Notes: generated by a model not told the origin, from the letters alone. A DNA stretch of 64,000 bases from an uncultured bacterium (GCA_963705705.1 CAVPKK010000005.1:160001-224000), one strand, 5' to 3'; numbered from the stretch's first letter, positions 40,819-51,379 are shown. Made by a program: numbers and translations.

Positions 40819-41319
40819 TTAGATCTTTAAGGCGTCAATACTTGGTTTAAGCTTTCTAAAAATTTCATGCAAATCAAAAGAGATTGGCTTTGTATCCGCT
40901 AACGTGGCCAGAAAATTTGTGTCGCCCATCCATCGGGGAAGAATGTGGAGATGTAAATGGCCGGGAATGCTACCGCCTGCTGGTTTACCCATATTTAAAC
41001 CAACGTTAATACCTTCGCAATGCAAAATTTCTCGCATTGCCGGAATAATGGACGATGTGATATGAATAAGCTCAATGCGCGCATCAGGAGTTAAGTCATG
41101 AAGATCGCGGACATGCGCATAGGGAATTACCATGAGATGACCGGCATTGTATGGAAAGCGATTTAAGATAATAGCGTGATGCTCAAACCGCCGGATTATT
41201 AAATTTTTCTCATCCTGATTTTGATCAAATTGTAAGCAAAATACGCAGCCATCTTCGGCTGTTTGGCCATCATTTATGCGGGCATAATTTGAGCGCCATG
41301 GGGCGTATAATTGTTTCAT
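40819..41319 (-). CDS. HIT family Ap4A hydrolase/phosphorylase (FHIT-like)
   Basis: LYAPWR, CVFC, LNRFPYNAGHLMV, HLHLHILPRW.GD. Confidence 0.9.
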   Translation of the reverse strand: MKQLYAPWRSNYARINDGQTAEDGCVFCLQFDQNQDEKNLIIRRFEHHAIILNRFPYNAGHLMVIPYAHVRDLHDLTPDARIELIHITSSIIPAMREILHCEGINVGLNMGKPAGGSIPGHLHLHILPRWMGDTNFLATLADTKPISFDLHEIFRKLKPSIDALKI

Positions 41320-41321
41320 CT

Positions 41322-42815
41322 TTAGTGCTTTTTGTGCTCTTCCACAAACTGCAAATACCAGATTCCACTCAAAATCATTAGCAATGGTTCAACCGGTAAC
41401 CGTAAGCGAGCGCAACCAAAGCCGCCGCTCGGTACGATCACAAAAGCAATCATTGGCAAAACAAGTAGCCAAACAATACTAGTGTTGGTTAATGGAATTC
41501 GATTCTTAAAATATTCATACAAAGGCTTCAATACAAATTGGTACAAACCAGCTAAAAGACCCGTCCATAAAATAATCATCGATAATAATTCAAGCCATCC
41601 AATAGTGCGCAGCCAAATTGAAATCGGTGCCTTGTATAAAGTTTCAAACCAGTTCTCAGTCAAAAATTCTTCTAATGGGTCAGACATTGAGGTGTTATAG
41701 CCCATTTTTGCCAATCGATATGAAAACGGATCAAAGGTTGTTTTTATTACCTGTTGTATCCAATCAACGGCAAAATCGAATGGATGTGCCTTGATCCATG
41801 GCATCGCTACACTGCCGGAAAATAAATGGACAAAAATCGGTGCTCCCGGATGTGCCGCGGCATATATTTGTAACCTTCGCCCGAGATCTTGCCCCAGCAT
41901 ACGCATAGCCTCCAAATAATTCACGCCAGTAACTCGCCGAACTATCTTAGGAGCAGCAAAAACGCGTAAATATTCACCTTGGATGGGGCAAAAAAACCAA
42001 CTGCCAGTAAGCCGGTAGTTGCGAATATACCAAGGCAATAGTGGGGTAAAAAAACTGACAAAAAAGATCGCTGCTCTCTTTAGCCGATCAATTAAACTAA
42101 CTGCGGGCGCTAAGAGCAATAAGAGAATAGTGCATTGACCAACAAAAACACCCATTGGCCGCATCCAGGTATAGACGGCAAGAAAAATAGCGGCGATGAA
42201 TAAAGAAAAATCTACAGTTTGGCTCCAAGGTAATGATTGTTGACCCATTATCTCCGGAGCAATGTAATCGCTACGCCTAAACCAAATGCGATAGAGCCAT
42301 AATAAAAATAGATAAAATAGTAATCCACCCAGTGCATCGGTTAGCAAAAAAGTTGAAGTGGTTACAAAACCAACATGTACCACACTAATACCGCCAATAA
42401 TCCATGCCAATAACCAGCTGCCCGAAAGCAAAAAAGCAAGGCAGAGCAAAACCATAGGGATGAATGAGCATAAAATGATTTGTGCCCAAATGACGGCATG
42501 TTGCGCGGCAGCATTGGCAGGAAAATTGGTATTAGGATTTGCTTTCCATACGTAGAACGGCAGCATAAAAGCTGAATATCCCGGTGTGCGCCAAAGGATG
42601 GGAGTGCTTTTGGGTGGGGTCCATGTGCCAGTATATCGCAAGATGAGTGTGGCAAAATTATAATCGTGTGCATCAGGTTGATCGTAATATTCGCCAGGCT
42701 TGATGAAAAAATTGAATGTGCAGGCGCGAATTAAAAAGGCGGCAAGAAATAATAATAATAATGAGGTGCGTTTTGGTCGATGGTAATACCAGGCTGATGT
42801 GGCATTAGAAATCAT
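41322..42815 (-). CDS. GT-C fold (ArnT/PMT-like) membrane glycosyltransferase
   Basis: Multi-TM; DAHDY, RTPGY, LLTD, MRP, PWYIRNY, ARLRLPVEP. Confidence 0.75.
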   Translation of the reverse strand: MISNATSAWYYHRPKRTSLLLLFLAAFLIRACTFNFFIKPGEYYDQPDAHDYNFATLILRYTGTWTPPKSTPILWRTPGYSAFMLPFYVWKANPNTNFPANAAAQHAVIWAQIILCSFIPMVLLCLAFLLSGSWLLAWIIGGISVVHVGFVTTSTFLLTDALGGLLFYLFLLWLYRIWFRRSDYIAPEIMGQQSLPWSQTVDFSLFIAAIFLAVYTWMRPMGVFVGQCTILLLLLAPAVSLIDRLKRAAIFFVSFFTPLLPWYIRNYRLTGSWFFCPIQGEYLRVFAAPKIVRRVTGVNYLEAMRMLGQDLGRRLQIYAAAHPGAPIFVHLFSGSVAMPWIKAHPFDFAVDWIQQVIKTTFDPFSYRLAKMGYNTSMSDPLEEFLTENWFETLYKAPISIWLRTIGWLELLSMIILWTGLLAGLYQFVLKPLYEYFKNRIPLTNTSIVWLLVLPMIAFVIVPSGGFGCARLRLPVEPLLMILSGIWYLQFVEEHKKH

Positions 42816-42942
42816 AGAGGCTCCGTTTTTTTAAAGACCCTTAAATTTTAAAGGCACATAATAGCAACTTTAATCTTATTGCACACTGTGCTAATGTTGC
42901 CTGCACTAAAAAGGATGTGGAACTGAACTGGATTTGGAAATC

Positions 42943-44127
42943 ATGGAAGCATCTAACGTTCTCATCATCGTCGGCACCCGCCCAGAAGGCATCAAAATGA
43001 TGCCGGTTTATTTCGCTCTTAAGCGCGCGGGTATACCAACATTGCTTATTTCGACCGGGCAGCACACTGATTTGCTCAATGAAGTATTTGCCATTTTCAA
43101 TGTAACACCAGATGTCGATTTGGCGCTGGGAAAACCTAATCAAGATCCGGCATATCTCACACATGCGGTATTAACGGCATGTACGGATTTATATAAAAAA
43201 CTTACTCCTTCTTTTGTGCTGGTTCAAGGCGATACTACCACTATCATGGCAGCTGCGCTTGCTGCATTTTATCTAAAGATTCCTGTAGGGCACGTTGAAG
43301 CAGGATTGCGAACCGGCGATATGCATGCGCCATTTCCTGAAGAGCTTAACCGCCGCGTAGTAAGTTTATTTGCCGACTATCATTTTGCGCCAACGTTGCA
43401 TGCAATAAATAATTTAGGCGATGAAAAGATTCCGCCGCATAAGCTTTATCAAACAGGCAATACCGTAGTCGATGCGTTGCATTATATACGAGCTAAATTA
43501 GCAGAGGGGCATCTCTCACCATCGAAAGATCTGTGTACTGTAGTTTCTGCAGCCAAAGACAGCCATAAAAAAATTGTTTTACTAACCGCGCATCGTCGAG
43601 AATCTTTCGGCGCCGGTTTGCGTGCAATAATGAGTGCCGTCAAGGAGCTTGCGCTTAAGCACCCTGAAGTTGTATTTATTTATCCAACACATCCAAATCC
43701 GGCAGTCCAAACCGCAATCGCCGATGCAGGCTTAGATGAGTGCAAAAACATCCATACATTTTCGCCTCTTCCCCATATAGATTTAGTGTATGTATTATTA
43801 CATGCTGATGTTGTGCTTACCGATTCGGGTGGCATACAAGAAGAAGCAATCAGCCTTGGCAAGCCTGTATTAATTTTGCGCGAGAAAACAGAGCGGCCCG
43901 AAGGAATTTGGGCTGGTTTGGCGGAGTTGGTAGGAACTAATAAAGAAAAAATTATTACAATGACCGAGAAATTTTTGCGCAACGAAGTGGAGTCGGTGTC
44001 AGCTATACAACCATGCGCTATTTATGGTGATGGTAAAGCAGCCGAACGCATCGCATCTATAATTTCTGAGGCACTTAATAACCACATTAATAAAGGAGTG
44101 GCGGTATGCAAAAACGTGTCAGCATAA
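42943..44127 (+). CDS. wecB: UDP-N-acetylglucosamine 2-epimerase
   Basis: GTRPEGIKM, TGQH, VQGDT, HVEAGLR, TAHRRE, TDSGGIQEE. Confidence 0.95.
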   Translation: MEASNVLIIVGTRPEGIKMMPVYFALKRAGIPTLLISTGQHTDLLNEVFAIFNVTPDVDLALGKPNQDPAYLTHAVLTACTDLYKKLTPSFVLVQGDTTTIMAAALAAFYLKIPVGHVEAGLRTGDMHAPFPEELNRRVVSLFADYHFAPTLHAINNLGDEKIPPHKLYQTGNTVVDALHYIRAKLAEGHLSPSKDLCTVVSAAKDSHKKIVLLTAHRRESFGAGLRAIMSAVKELALKHPEVVFIYPTHPNPAVQTAIADAGLDECKNIHTFSPLPHIDLVYVLLHADVVLTDSGGIQEEAISLGKPVLILREKTERPEGIWAGLAELVGTNKEKIITMTEKFLRNEVESVSAIQPCAIYGDGKAAERIASIISEALNNHINKGVAVCKNVSA

Positions 44128-45605
44128 TTGGGCTAGGTTATATTGGCCTGCCAACTGCCATCGTGGCAGCCGAAGCCGGCTATCAGGTGATTGGCGTAGA
44201 TATTGATGCCGAACGTGTGCATCGTGTAAACGCTGGCGACCCGGTAATTCAAGAACCCGGCGCGCTGGAAAAATTACACGGCGTAGTTCAGAACAAAAAA
44301 TTGCGAGCTACTACCGAAATTGAACCCGCTGATTACCATATCATTGCAGTACCAACACCATTTCATGAGAACGATGTTGAAGTATCAATTAAATCTTCGC
44401 TAGGCCATGACTCCAGCCGCGCTCATCCTGAGTTCGACGAAAGTCGAAGTTTACTCCTGAGTTTATCGAAGGATCGAAGGATAAAGCGCGAAAATGACTT
44501 AGCTGATAATAGTGCTTATCAAGTGCATCCTTTAAAAAAAGCAGATTTATCTTACGTATGGGCTGCCGCAGAAACCGTCGCAAAAGTTTTGCGTGCAGGT
44601 GACACCATAATTCTGGAGTCTACCGTTCCTGTTGGTACCACCGAAAAATTAGGGGTGCTGCTCGAAAAACAAACCAGCGCCGGCAAAGCCGGCATCGATT
44701 TTTTTGTTGCTCATTGCCCAGAACGGGTTCTACCAGGAAAAATTTTCCATGAGCTGGTGCATAATGCACGCATTATTGGTGGTATCAACCCAGTATCTGT
44801 CGAACGGGCAAAAGAATTTTATAAGGCATTTGTTACTGGCGGATTGTATTTGACTGATGCCAAAACAGCCGAAATGGTCAAACTAGTTGAAAATAGTTCT
44901 CGCGATGTTGCGATTGCCTTTGCCAACCAGGTAGCATCAATGGCCCAAGCAATTGGCCTTAATGGGTATGAAGTAATTGAACTTGCCAATAAACATCCGC
45001 GTGTGAATATTTTGCGGCCCGGCTGCGGCGTTGGTGGCCATTGTATTGCGGTCGATCCATGGTTTTTAATTGAAGGATTTCCTGGGCAAACCCATTTGTT
45101 GCATGCCGCCCGGTTAGTTAATGATGCCAAGCCTGATGAGGTAGTTAAAACAGTGCAACAGCATATGACTGACAAGGATTTAACTATTTTAGTTTTGGGC
45201 GCCACCTATAAGCCAGATGTTGACGATCTCCGCGAATCGCCAGCGCTACATATTGCCCAAACGTTGAATGCACAATATAAAAATGTCATGGTATGTGAGC
45301 CAAATGTTTCTGCTGCGCAGTTGATAAAAAAAGGATTTGCGGCTGAGCAAGTTGTGACATTTGAAGATGGTATAAAACGAGCCGATGTAGTGATTTCGTT
45401 GGTTTCACATAGCGCATTTAAAAATCTTGGGCACTATAAAAATACAAAAAAGATAATCGATTATTGCGGATTATTGCATGCGCCGCGCCAGGATACTGCG
45501 CAGCAGGAACGGCTGTATTGGCCGGCAAATAATTCAGTTGAATGGAATGAGTTGAATATTGGGATTACGGCCCAGTCCAAAAATTTGAATAATCATCTTA
45601 TTTAA
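44106..45605 (+). CDS. wecC: UDP-N-acetyl-D-mannosamine dehydrogenase with an in-frame repeat-containing insertion
   Basis: IGLGYIGLPTA, ESTVPVG, CPERVLPG, VGGHCIAVDP, DLRESP; ~50-aa insert between VPTPF and ADLSYV. Confidence 0.92.
   Translation: MQKRVSIIGLGYIGLPTAIVAAEAGYQVIGVDIDAERVHRVNAGDPVIQEPGALEKLHGVVQNKKLRATTEIEPADYHIIAVPTPFHENDVEVSIKSSLGHDSSRAHPEFDESRSLLLSLSKDRRIKRENDLADNSAYQVHPLKKADLSYVWAAAETVAKVLRAGDTIILESTVPVGTTEKLGVLLEKQTSAGKAGIDFFVAHCPERVLPGKIFHELVHNARIIGGINPVSVERAKEFYKAFVTGGLYLTDAKTAEMVKLVENSSRDVAIAFANQVASMAQAIGLNGYEVIELANKHPRVNILRPGCGVGGHCIAVDPWFLIEGFPGQTHLLHAARLVNDAKPDEVVKTVQQHMTDKDLTILVLGATYKPDVDDLRESPALHIAQTLNAQYKNVMVCEPNVSAAQLIKKGFAAEQVVTFEDGIKRADVVISLVSHSAFKNLGHYKNTKKIIDYCGLLHAPRQDTAQQERLYWPANNSVEWNELNIGITAQSKNLNNHLI
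44418..44490 (+). repeat. Nested family-A element inside wecC
   Basis: CGCGCTCATCCTGAG[...ACTCCTGAGTTTATCGAAGGA]TCGAAGGATAAAGCGCG. Confidence 0.9.
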
Positions 45606-45632
45606 CGCCAAATCAAAATGAGTAAGAAAAAT

Positions 45633-45667
45633 CCGCTCGTCCTGAGCCTGTCGAAGGATGCGAGCGG
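45633..45667 (+). repeat. Family-A palindromic element, intergenic
   Basis: CCGCTCGTCCTGAG-CCTGT-CGAAGGATGCGAGCGG. Confidence 0.92.
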
Positions 45668-45778
45668 CATGGAAAAATGAGCAAGTTCTGACACGAAAGA
45701 AAGTGTTCGAGTTTAAACATCAAGATGAGCCGGGTCTATGTCGGACGTATTAGAGAAAGTAAGAGTTAAAGGAATTGG

Positions 45779-47980
45779 ATGAAACAGATATTTCTTGAAA
45801 AAGGTGCCATAGCCATCAAAGAAGTTTGTGAGCCAGCATTAAGTGAATATGCCGTACTGGTGGCTGTACATTATTCCTATATAAGTGCAGGTACCGAATC
45901 GGCGACGATAGCTGCTTCAGGCTCATTATACTCATCTCTTTTTTCAGACATTCCAGGGAAGGTTTCCAAGGTCCTTGCTATGATCAAAGCGCAGGGCATT
46001 AAAGGAACGCGCGCTATCGTAGAAAGTAAATTGGCAGGTGAAATTTCTCCTATCGGCTACTCATGCGCCGGCCAGGTAATAGCGGTTGGATCAAAAGTGA
46101 CCACTATCCGCGTCGGTGACTTTGTTGCCTGCGCAGGAAGTACTGCAAGCCATGCGGAGATAGTATTGGTTCCCGAACAATTAGTTGTGCGATTACCAAA
46201 TCAAGAACTATTAAAATCAGCCAGCATCACGACCCTTGGTGCAATTGCATTACAAGGTGTGCGTCGAGCTGAATCAAAACTGGGCGAGACTGTTTGCGTG
46301 CTTGGCCTTGGTTTGCTTGGACAATTAACTGTTCAGTTACTCAAGGTAGCTGGCTGCCGTGTGATCGGTATCGATATACTCGATGATAGATTAGCATTGG
46401 CTAAAGAACTCGGCGCTTCGGTTGTACTCAATGGTGCCAAGCAGGATGTAGTTAAAGAAATCTTGTATCTAACCGATCATTATGGTGTAGACGCCACATT
46501 AATTACTGCGGCAAGTTCCTCAGATGCACTCGTGCAGCAGGCCATGCATGTCACCCGCAAAAAAGGAAAAGTTGTCATTGTAGGCGATGTTGGGCTCAAG
46601 CTTGAGCGTGCGCCGTTCTACCAAAAAGAGATTGATTTTCTCATTTCCTGTTCATATGGGCCCGGGCGTTATGATGCCTCGTATGAACAATTCGGTACCG
46701 ATTACCCGTATGCCTATGTTCGCTGGACCGAACGACGCAACATGGAAGCAATTGTTTCCTTACTGGCAAACGGGCAACTCAATATACAACCATTCACCAC
46801 AGAAGTTTCAGTCGAAGGCGCAGTACAGGGGTATGAGCAGATTAAACAGCGCAAAGCTTTAGGTGTCATAGTCCGATACCAGGAAGGGCTCCGCCCTTCA
46901 CCCGGCAGGGACGCGTCCCTGCACCCAGGTGAAATGCACGCTCCGCGTGCTAAAGCTGACAAGCTACGTATCGGGTTCATTGGTGCTGGTGGGTTTGCGC
47001 GGGGCAAATTAATGCCCACGTTTGCAAGCATGAAAAATGAATTAGAAATTACGGCAATTACTGATCCAAATATTGCATCGGCCATTAACTGTAGCCGCCA
47101 ATATGGAGCACAACATGCATTTGCTGATGATGCAGAGTTGTATCAGCAGGATATTGCCGACATGGTGGTAATCGCCTCACCGCATAAGTTTCATGCAGAC
47201 CAAGCATTGCGGGCTTTAGAGCATGGCAAAGCGGTGTTTTTAGAAAAACCGTTGTGTACCGATTATGAGCAGTTGGCTCGTATTCGTGAATATTTATATA
47301 CCCATCCGCATGCACAGCTTACCGTAGATTTTAATCGGCCATTTTCACCGTTCATGCAAAAAATAAAGCAGGCAATCGCGCAGAGAAATTCACCACTCAT
47401 TATTTCATATCGCATGAATGAAGCCTATTTGCCAAAAGATCATTGGGTGCAAACCGAACTTGGTGGCGGGCAGATTATTGGTCAGGTATGCCATCTTTTT
47501 GATTTAATGTATGATCTGACCGGCGCACAGCCGGTAGGTGTATCAGTTGATACCATAAGCCCGCGCAGTGCAAATCAGCTTACCACTGATAATTTTTCAG
47601 CAACGATTACGTTTGACGATGGATCATTGTGCGTGGTGCTGATGACTGCATGTGGCAATAAAGCATTAGGCAAAGAGAGAATGGAGCTTAACTTTGATGG
47701 CAAAACGATCGTGATGGATGATTTTCTATCACTGACTGGGCATGGTTTGCCAAGTGGATTTAATAGCACCGTGCGCGGCATGGATAAAGGCCATGAAGCA
47801 TTGATTGAAAAATTTGTGACGGCGGTGCGTACGGGCGATAAGATGCCAATTTCTTTTGCGCGGTTACTTGCTGTTTCGGAGCTTACACTCAAAATTGATG
47901 AGATGGCACGTAGTGGCGTGGCAAAAGAACATCAAAAATTTATGGACATCAATCGAGAAGAGAAAATTGTAGCGTTGTAA
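45779..47980 (+). CDS. Bi-domain oxidoreductase (MDR dehydrogenase + Gfo/Idh/MocA) typical of polysaccharide loci
   Basis: ISAGTE, GLGLLGQ, SYGPGRYD, RWTERRN, IGFIGAGGF, LEKP. Confidence 0.9.
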   Translation: MKQIFLEKGAIAIKEVCEPALSEYAVLVAVHYSYISAGTESATIAASGSLYSSLFSDIPGKVSKVLAMIKAQGIKGTRAIVESKLAGEISPIGYSCAGQVIAVGSKVTTIRVGDFVACAGSTASHAEIVLVPEQLVVRLPNQELLKSASITTLGAIALQGVRRAESKLGETVCVLGLGLLGQLTVQLLKVAGCRVIGIDILDDRLALAKELGASVVLNGAKQDVVKEILYLTDHYGVDATLITAASSSDALVQQAMHVTRKKGKVVIVGDVGLKLERAPFYQKEIDFLISCSYGPGRYDASYEQFGTDYPYAYVRWTERRNMEAIVSLLANGQLNIQPFTTEVSVEGAVQGYEQIKQRKALGVIVRYQEGLRPSPGRDASLHPGEMHAPRAKADKLRIGFIGAGGFARGKLMPTFASMKNELEITAITDPNIASAINCSRQYGAQHAFADDAELYQQDIADMVVIASPHKFHADQALRALEHGKAVFLEKPLCTDYEQLARIREYLYTHPHAQLTVDFNRPFSPFMQKIKQAIAQRNSPLIISYRMNEAYLPKDHWVQTELGGGQIIGQVCHLFDLMYDLTGAQPVGVSVDTISPRSANQLTTDNFSATITFDDGSLCVVLMTACGNKALGKERMELNFDGKTIVMDDFLSLTGHGLPSGFNSTVRGMDKGHEALIEKFVTAVRTGDKMPISFARLLAVSELTLKIDEMARSGVAKEHQKFMDINREEKIVAL
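46883..46926 (+). repeat. Family-C double hairpin (each followed by ACCC) inside the oxidoreductase linker
   Basis: GAAGGGC-TCC-GCCCTTC-ACCC-G-GCAGGGAC-GC-GTCCCTGC-ACCC. Confidence 0.75.
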
Positions 47981-48002
47981 AAAAGTATTCAAAGGAGAAA
48001 AA

Positions 48003-49073
48003 ATGGTAGCACATGAAAATATTGGAGCCTCAGAGCAACTAAATGCACCTCTGGTTTGTTCTATTATCCTTGCAGGTGGTTCGGGTGAACGTCTCTGGCC
48101 GCTCTCTCGCAAGCACCGTCCAAAACAATTTCTTTCTATTGATCAGCAGTGTAGTTTGCTTGAAGCAACAGTCGAACGCATGCAACAGTTTATTGAGCCT
48201 GAACGTACGTGGATTATATGCGCACAAAACCATGCAGAACACATTTCGCCCCTGGCTGACCAACAAATAGCTAATGTAGTTATCGAGCCAACGGCACGAA
48301 ATACAGCGCCGGCTGTGTATTTGGCCTGTCGCATGCTCGAATCATTATATCCGCTCGTTGATCCAGTTGTTTTTATCGCGCCGAGTGATCATTACATTCC
48401 CAATGCACAAACATTTGCCGCCTTTGCGTCGCATGTAATTGATGTAGCTGCCAATGAAAATAAAATTGTGCTTCTTGGCGTTCGCCCTTCATTTCCGGCC
48501 ACGACCTATGGTTATATTGAATATGCTGAGCAAGCATCATTTCCCTACGCCGTAACAAAGTTTCATGAAAAGCCGAGCCAGGAAGTCGCACAGCAGTATG
48601 TGGCGAGCGAGCATTTTTTATGGAATGCCGGTATGGTTTGCGCGCGTATTTCAGTATTGCTTTCTGAGTTTGAACTGCATGCTCCTGAACTTGCCGCAGC
48701 TGTTGATGCCTACGCACAAGGAGAAGGATCATATGAGAAGGCGCCATCAATTTCATTTGATCATGCCGTATTAGAGAAAAGTTCTAAATTAGCAGTTTTC
48801 CCCGTTGATTTTATATGGAGCGACGTCGGCTCGCTTGATACCTTTCTATCCTTGCGCGAGCAATATGGAAACCAAGAAACATCAGTAATTGCCGTTGATG
48901 CACAAAATAATGTGGTTGATGTTGAACATAAACTCGTTGCGTTGGTAGGCGTTGAAGATTTATGCATCGTAGAACGAGACGGTATTCTCTTGATCGCCAA
49001 AAAAGATGAGACTGAAAAAATAAAAACGGTGCTCGAGACACTGAAGCAAAATAATGCATCTGAATATCTCTAA
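48003..49073 (+). CDS. manC: Mannose-1-phosphate guanylyltransferase
   Basis: ILAGGSGERLWPLSR..PKQFL, EP.ARNTAPA, PSDH, FHEKP, WSDVGS. Confidence 0.93.
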   Translation: MVAHENIGASEQLNAPLVCSIILAGGSGERLWPLSRKHRPKQFLSIDQQCSLLEATVERMQQFIEPERTWIICAQNHAEHISPLADQQIANVVIEPTARNTAPAVYLACRMLESLYPLVDPVVFIAPSDHYIPNAQTFAAFASHVIDVAANENKIVLLGVRPSFPATTYGYIEYAEQASFPYAVTKFHEKPSQEVAQQYVASEHFLWNAGMVCARISVLLSEFELHAPELAAAVDAYAQGEGSYEKAPSISFDHAVLEKSSKLAVFPVDFIWSDVGSLDTFLSLREQYGNQETSVIAVDAQNNVVDVEHKLVALVGVEDLCIVERDGILLIAKKDETEKIKTVLETLKQNNASEYL

Positions 49074-49093
49074 CCAGGGCGAGCCCTGGACCC
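49074..49093 (+). repeat. Family-C hairpin plus ACCC, intergenic
   Basis: CCAGGGC-GA-GCCCTGG-ACCC. Confidence 0.6.
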
Positions 49094-49143
49094 GAGGAGA
49101 ACCCAATCTCCTTATTGAAGTTTGATTGAACAATACAAAGGAT

Positions 49144-49180
49144 CGCGCTCATCCTGAGTTAATCGAAGGATCGTAGCGCG
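49144..49180 (+). repeat. Family-A palindromic element, intergenic
   Basis: CGCGCTCATCCTGAG-TTAAT-CGAAGGATCGTAGCGCG. Confidence 0.92.
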
Positions 49181-49200
49181 CAAAAGTAAATGAGCTAAAG

Positions 49201-50346
49201 ATGGTTCGCAAAAAAGCATTAATCACCGGAATCACCGGCCAAGACGGAGCCTACCTGGCCGAATTTCTACTTGATAAAGGATATGAAGTCCATGGTATCA
49301 AACGCCGTTCTTCGTCATTCAATACATCCCGTATCGATGCGTTATATCATAAATGGGGAATCCCAACCGGCCAGCGCGAACCACAATTTCGTTTGCATTA
49401 CGGTGATCTAACCGATGCTACAAACTTGATTCGCATCGTCCAAGAAGTGCAACCAGATGAAATTTATAACCTAGCAGCCCAGAGCCATGTGAAAGTTTCA
49501 TTCGAAACGCCAGAATATACAGCCAATGCCGATGCATTAGGCACGCTGCGCTTACTCGAAGCTATTCGCATCCTAGGCATGAAACAAGTACGTTTTTATC
49601 AGGCATCAACGAGCGAACTCTACGGTAATCTGAAGCAGGTACCGCAGAATGAAGAAACACCATTTGCCCCTCGTTCACCATATGCCGTAGCAAAATTATA
49701 TGCCTATTGGATCACCATAAACTACCGTGAAGCATACGGAATGTTTGCCTGCAACGGCATTTTATTTAATCATGAATCACCGCATCGTGGTGAAACATTT
49801 GTAACACGTAAAATCACTCGCGCCGTTGCCCGCATTAAACTCGGCATGCAGCGAGCTCTCTATTTGGGTAATTTAGATGCTAAACGTGATTGGGGGTATG
49901 CCAAGGATTACATTGAAGCAATGTGGCTAATGTTGCAACACGATAAAGCATCAGATTTCGTTATCGCCACTGGCCAAGCACATACTGTACGTGAATTTGT
50001 TGAACGAGCATTTACTGAAGTTGGCATTACTATTTCCTGGGTAGGCTCGGGTGTAAATGAACAAGGCCTCGATGCGGCAACTCAGAAGCCGTTGATTTAT
50101 ATTGATCCGCGATATTTCCGGCCAACTGAAGTCGAATTACTGTTAGGCGATGCCTCAAAAGCGCGCAAAGAGCTTGGCTGGTCGCCAAAAATGTCATTCG
50201 ATGAATTAGTTAAGCTCATGGTAGACAGTGATCTGCGTGAGGCTGAAGAAGAAAATAAGGTACAAAGCGATGAAAATCTATCTAGCGGGGCACGAGGGAC
50301 TAGTGGGTTCGGCGCTCACACGTGCTCTAAGAGCTGCCAAATCTGA
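49201..50346 (+). CDS. gmd: GDP-mannose 4,6-dehydratase
   Basis: [36 protein letters not shown]. Confidence 0.97.
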   Translation: MVRKKALITGITGQDGAYLAEFLLDKGYEVHGIKRRSSSFNTSRIDALYHKWGIPTGQREPQFRLHYGDLTDATNLIRIVQEVQPDEIYNLAAQSHVKVSFETPEYTANADALGTLRLLEAIRILGMKQVRFYQASTSELYGNLKQVPQNEETPFAPRSPYAVAKLYAYWITINYREAYGMFACNGILFNHESPHRGETFVTRKITRAVARIKLGMQRALYLGNLDAKRDWGYAKDYIEAMWLMLQHDKASDFVIATGQAHTVREFVERAFTEVGITISWVGSGVNEQGLDAATQKPLIYIDPRYFRPTEVELLLGDASKARKELGWSPKMSFDELVKLMVDSDLREAEEENKVQSDENLSSGARGTSGFGAHTCSKSCQI

Positions 50347-51379
50347 GCAGATTGTTACGCGCACTTTTTCTCAACTTGATTTGCGCAGTCAACAAGCAGT
50401 TGAATCATTCTTTGCACAAGAACAGCCAACTCATGTGTATGTAGCGGCGGCAAAAGTTGGCGGTATCAAGGCAAATAGTGAGCAGCCGGCATCCTTTTTG
50501 TATGACAATCTTATGATTGCTAGTAACGTTATTCATGCAGCACACAAATACGGCGTAGAAAAACTACTATTTCTCGGCTCATCCTGTATCTATCCTCGCC
50601 TATGCCAGCAACCAATGAAAGAAGAATATCTACTTTCTGGCCCTTTGGAACCAACCAATGAACCATATGCAATAGCAAAGATTGCCGGCCTCAAGCTCTG
50701 TCAATCATACAATCGTCAATATCAGCGAAGCGAGTCTGAAGCCAAAGGCTTCAAGCGAGCGCAGCACAATATAGAAGGCGCAAGCCATCAATATCAGCGA
50801 AGCGAGTCTGAAGCCAAAGGCTTCAAGCGAGCGCAGCACAATATAGATGACGCAAGCCATCAATTTGGCGCGCGGTTTATTTCTGCCATGCCGACCAATT
50901 TGTATGGGCCTAACGACCAATTCAATACTGAATCGTCACACGTGATTCCTGCGCTCATAACTAAATTTCATCAAGCAAAAATCGAAGGACGAGACCAAGT
51001 GATTCTCTGGGGCACGGGTAATGCCCTACGTGAATTTTTATTCGTAGATGATTTAGCACAAGCATTATTATTGCTTATGGATCAATATGATGAAAATCAA
51101 TGGATTAATGTTGGTTCAGGTCAGGAAGTTTCCATTGCTGAATTGGCCGAACTAATCAAAACAGTTACTGGCTTTGCAGGCCGCATTGTTTTTGACTCTA
51201 CCAAGCCAGATGGTGCGCCACGCAAATTGCTATGCTCTGCAAAAATTCAGGCACTCGGCTGGCGGCCAAAAGTTAGCCTTGAACAAGGTTTGCGACAAAC
51301 ATATGATTGGTTTTTAATGAATAATGCATTGAACATTGATCCATCAGTGTCAAAAAGACTTTCAATCCAGGAGGTATAA
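50270..51379 (+). CDS. fcl: GDP-L-fucose synthase with a 48-aa in-frame duplicated insertion
   Basis: [47 protein letters not shown]. Confidence 0.95.
   Translation: MKIYLAGHEGLVGSALTRALRAAKSEQIVTRTFSQLDLRSQQAVESFFAQEQPTHVYVAAAKVGGIKANSEQPASFLYDNLMIASNVIHAAHKYGVEKLLFLGSSCIYPRLCQQPMKEEYLLSGPLEPTNEPYAIAKIAGLKLCQSYNRQYQRSESEAKGFKRAQHNIEGASHQYQRSESEAKGFKRAQHNIDDASHQFGARFISAMPTNLYGPNDQFNTESSHVIPALITKFHQAKIEGRDQVILWGTGNALREFLFVDDLAQALLLLMDQYDENQWINVGSGQEVSIAELAELIKTVTGFAGRIVFDSTKPDGAPRKLLCSAKIQALGWRPKVSLEQGLRQTYDWFLMNNALNIDPSVSKRLSIQEV
50717..50860 (+). repeat. 2 x 72-bp tandem repeat inside fcl, each unit containing a family-B element
   Basis: Units start CAATAT at 50717 and 50789 and are nearly identical; internal hairpin TGAAGCC-AAA-GGCTTCA. 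Confidence 0.95.

Noticed and set aside
50717..50860. CRISPR mini-array or intein in fcl
   Set aside because: Two nearly identical full units with no distinct spacers and no splicing motifs.
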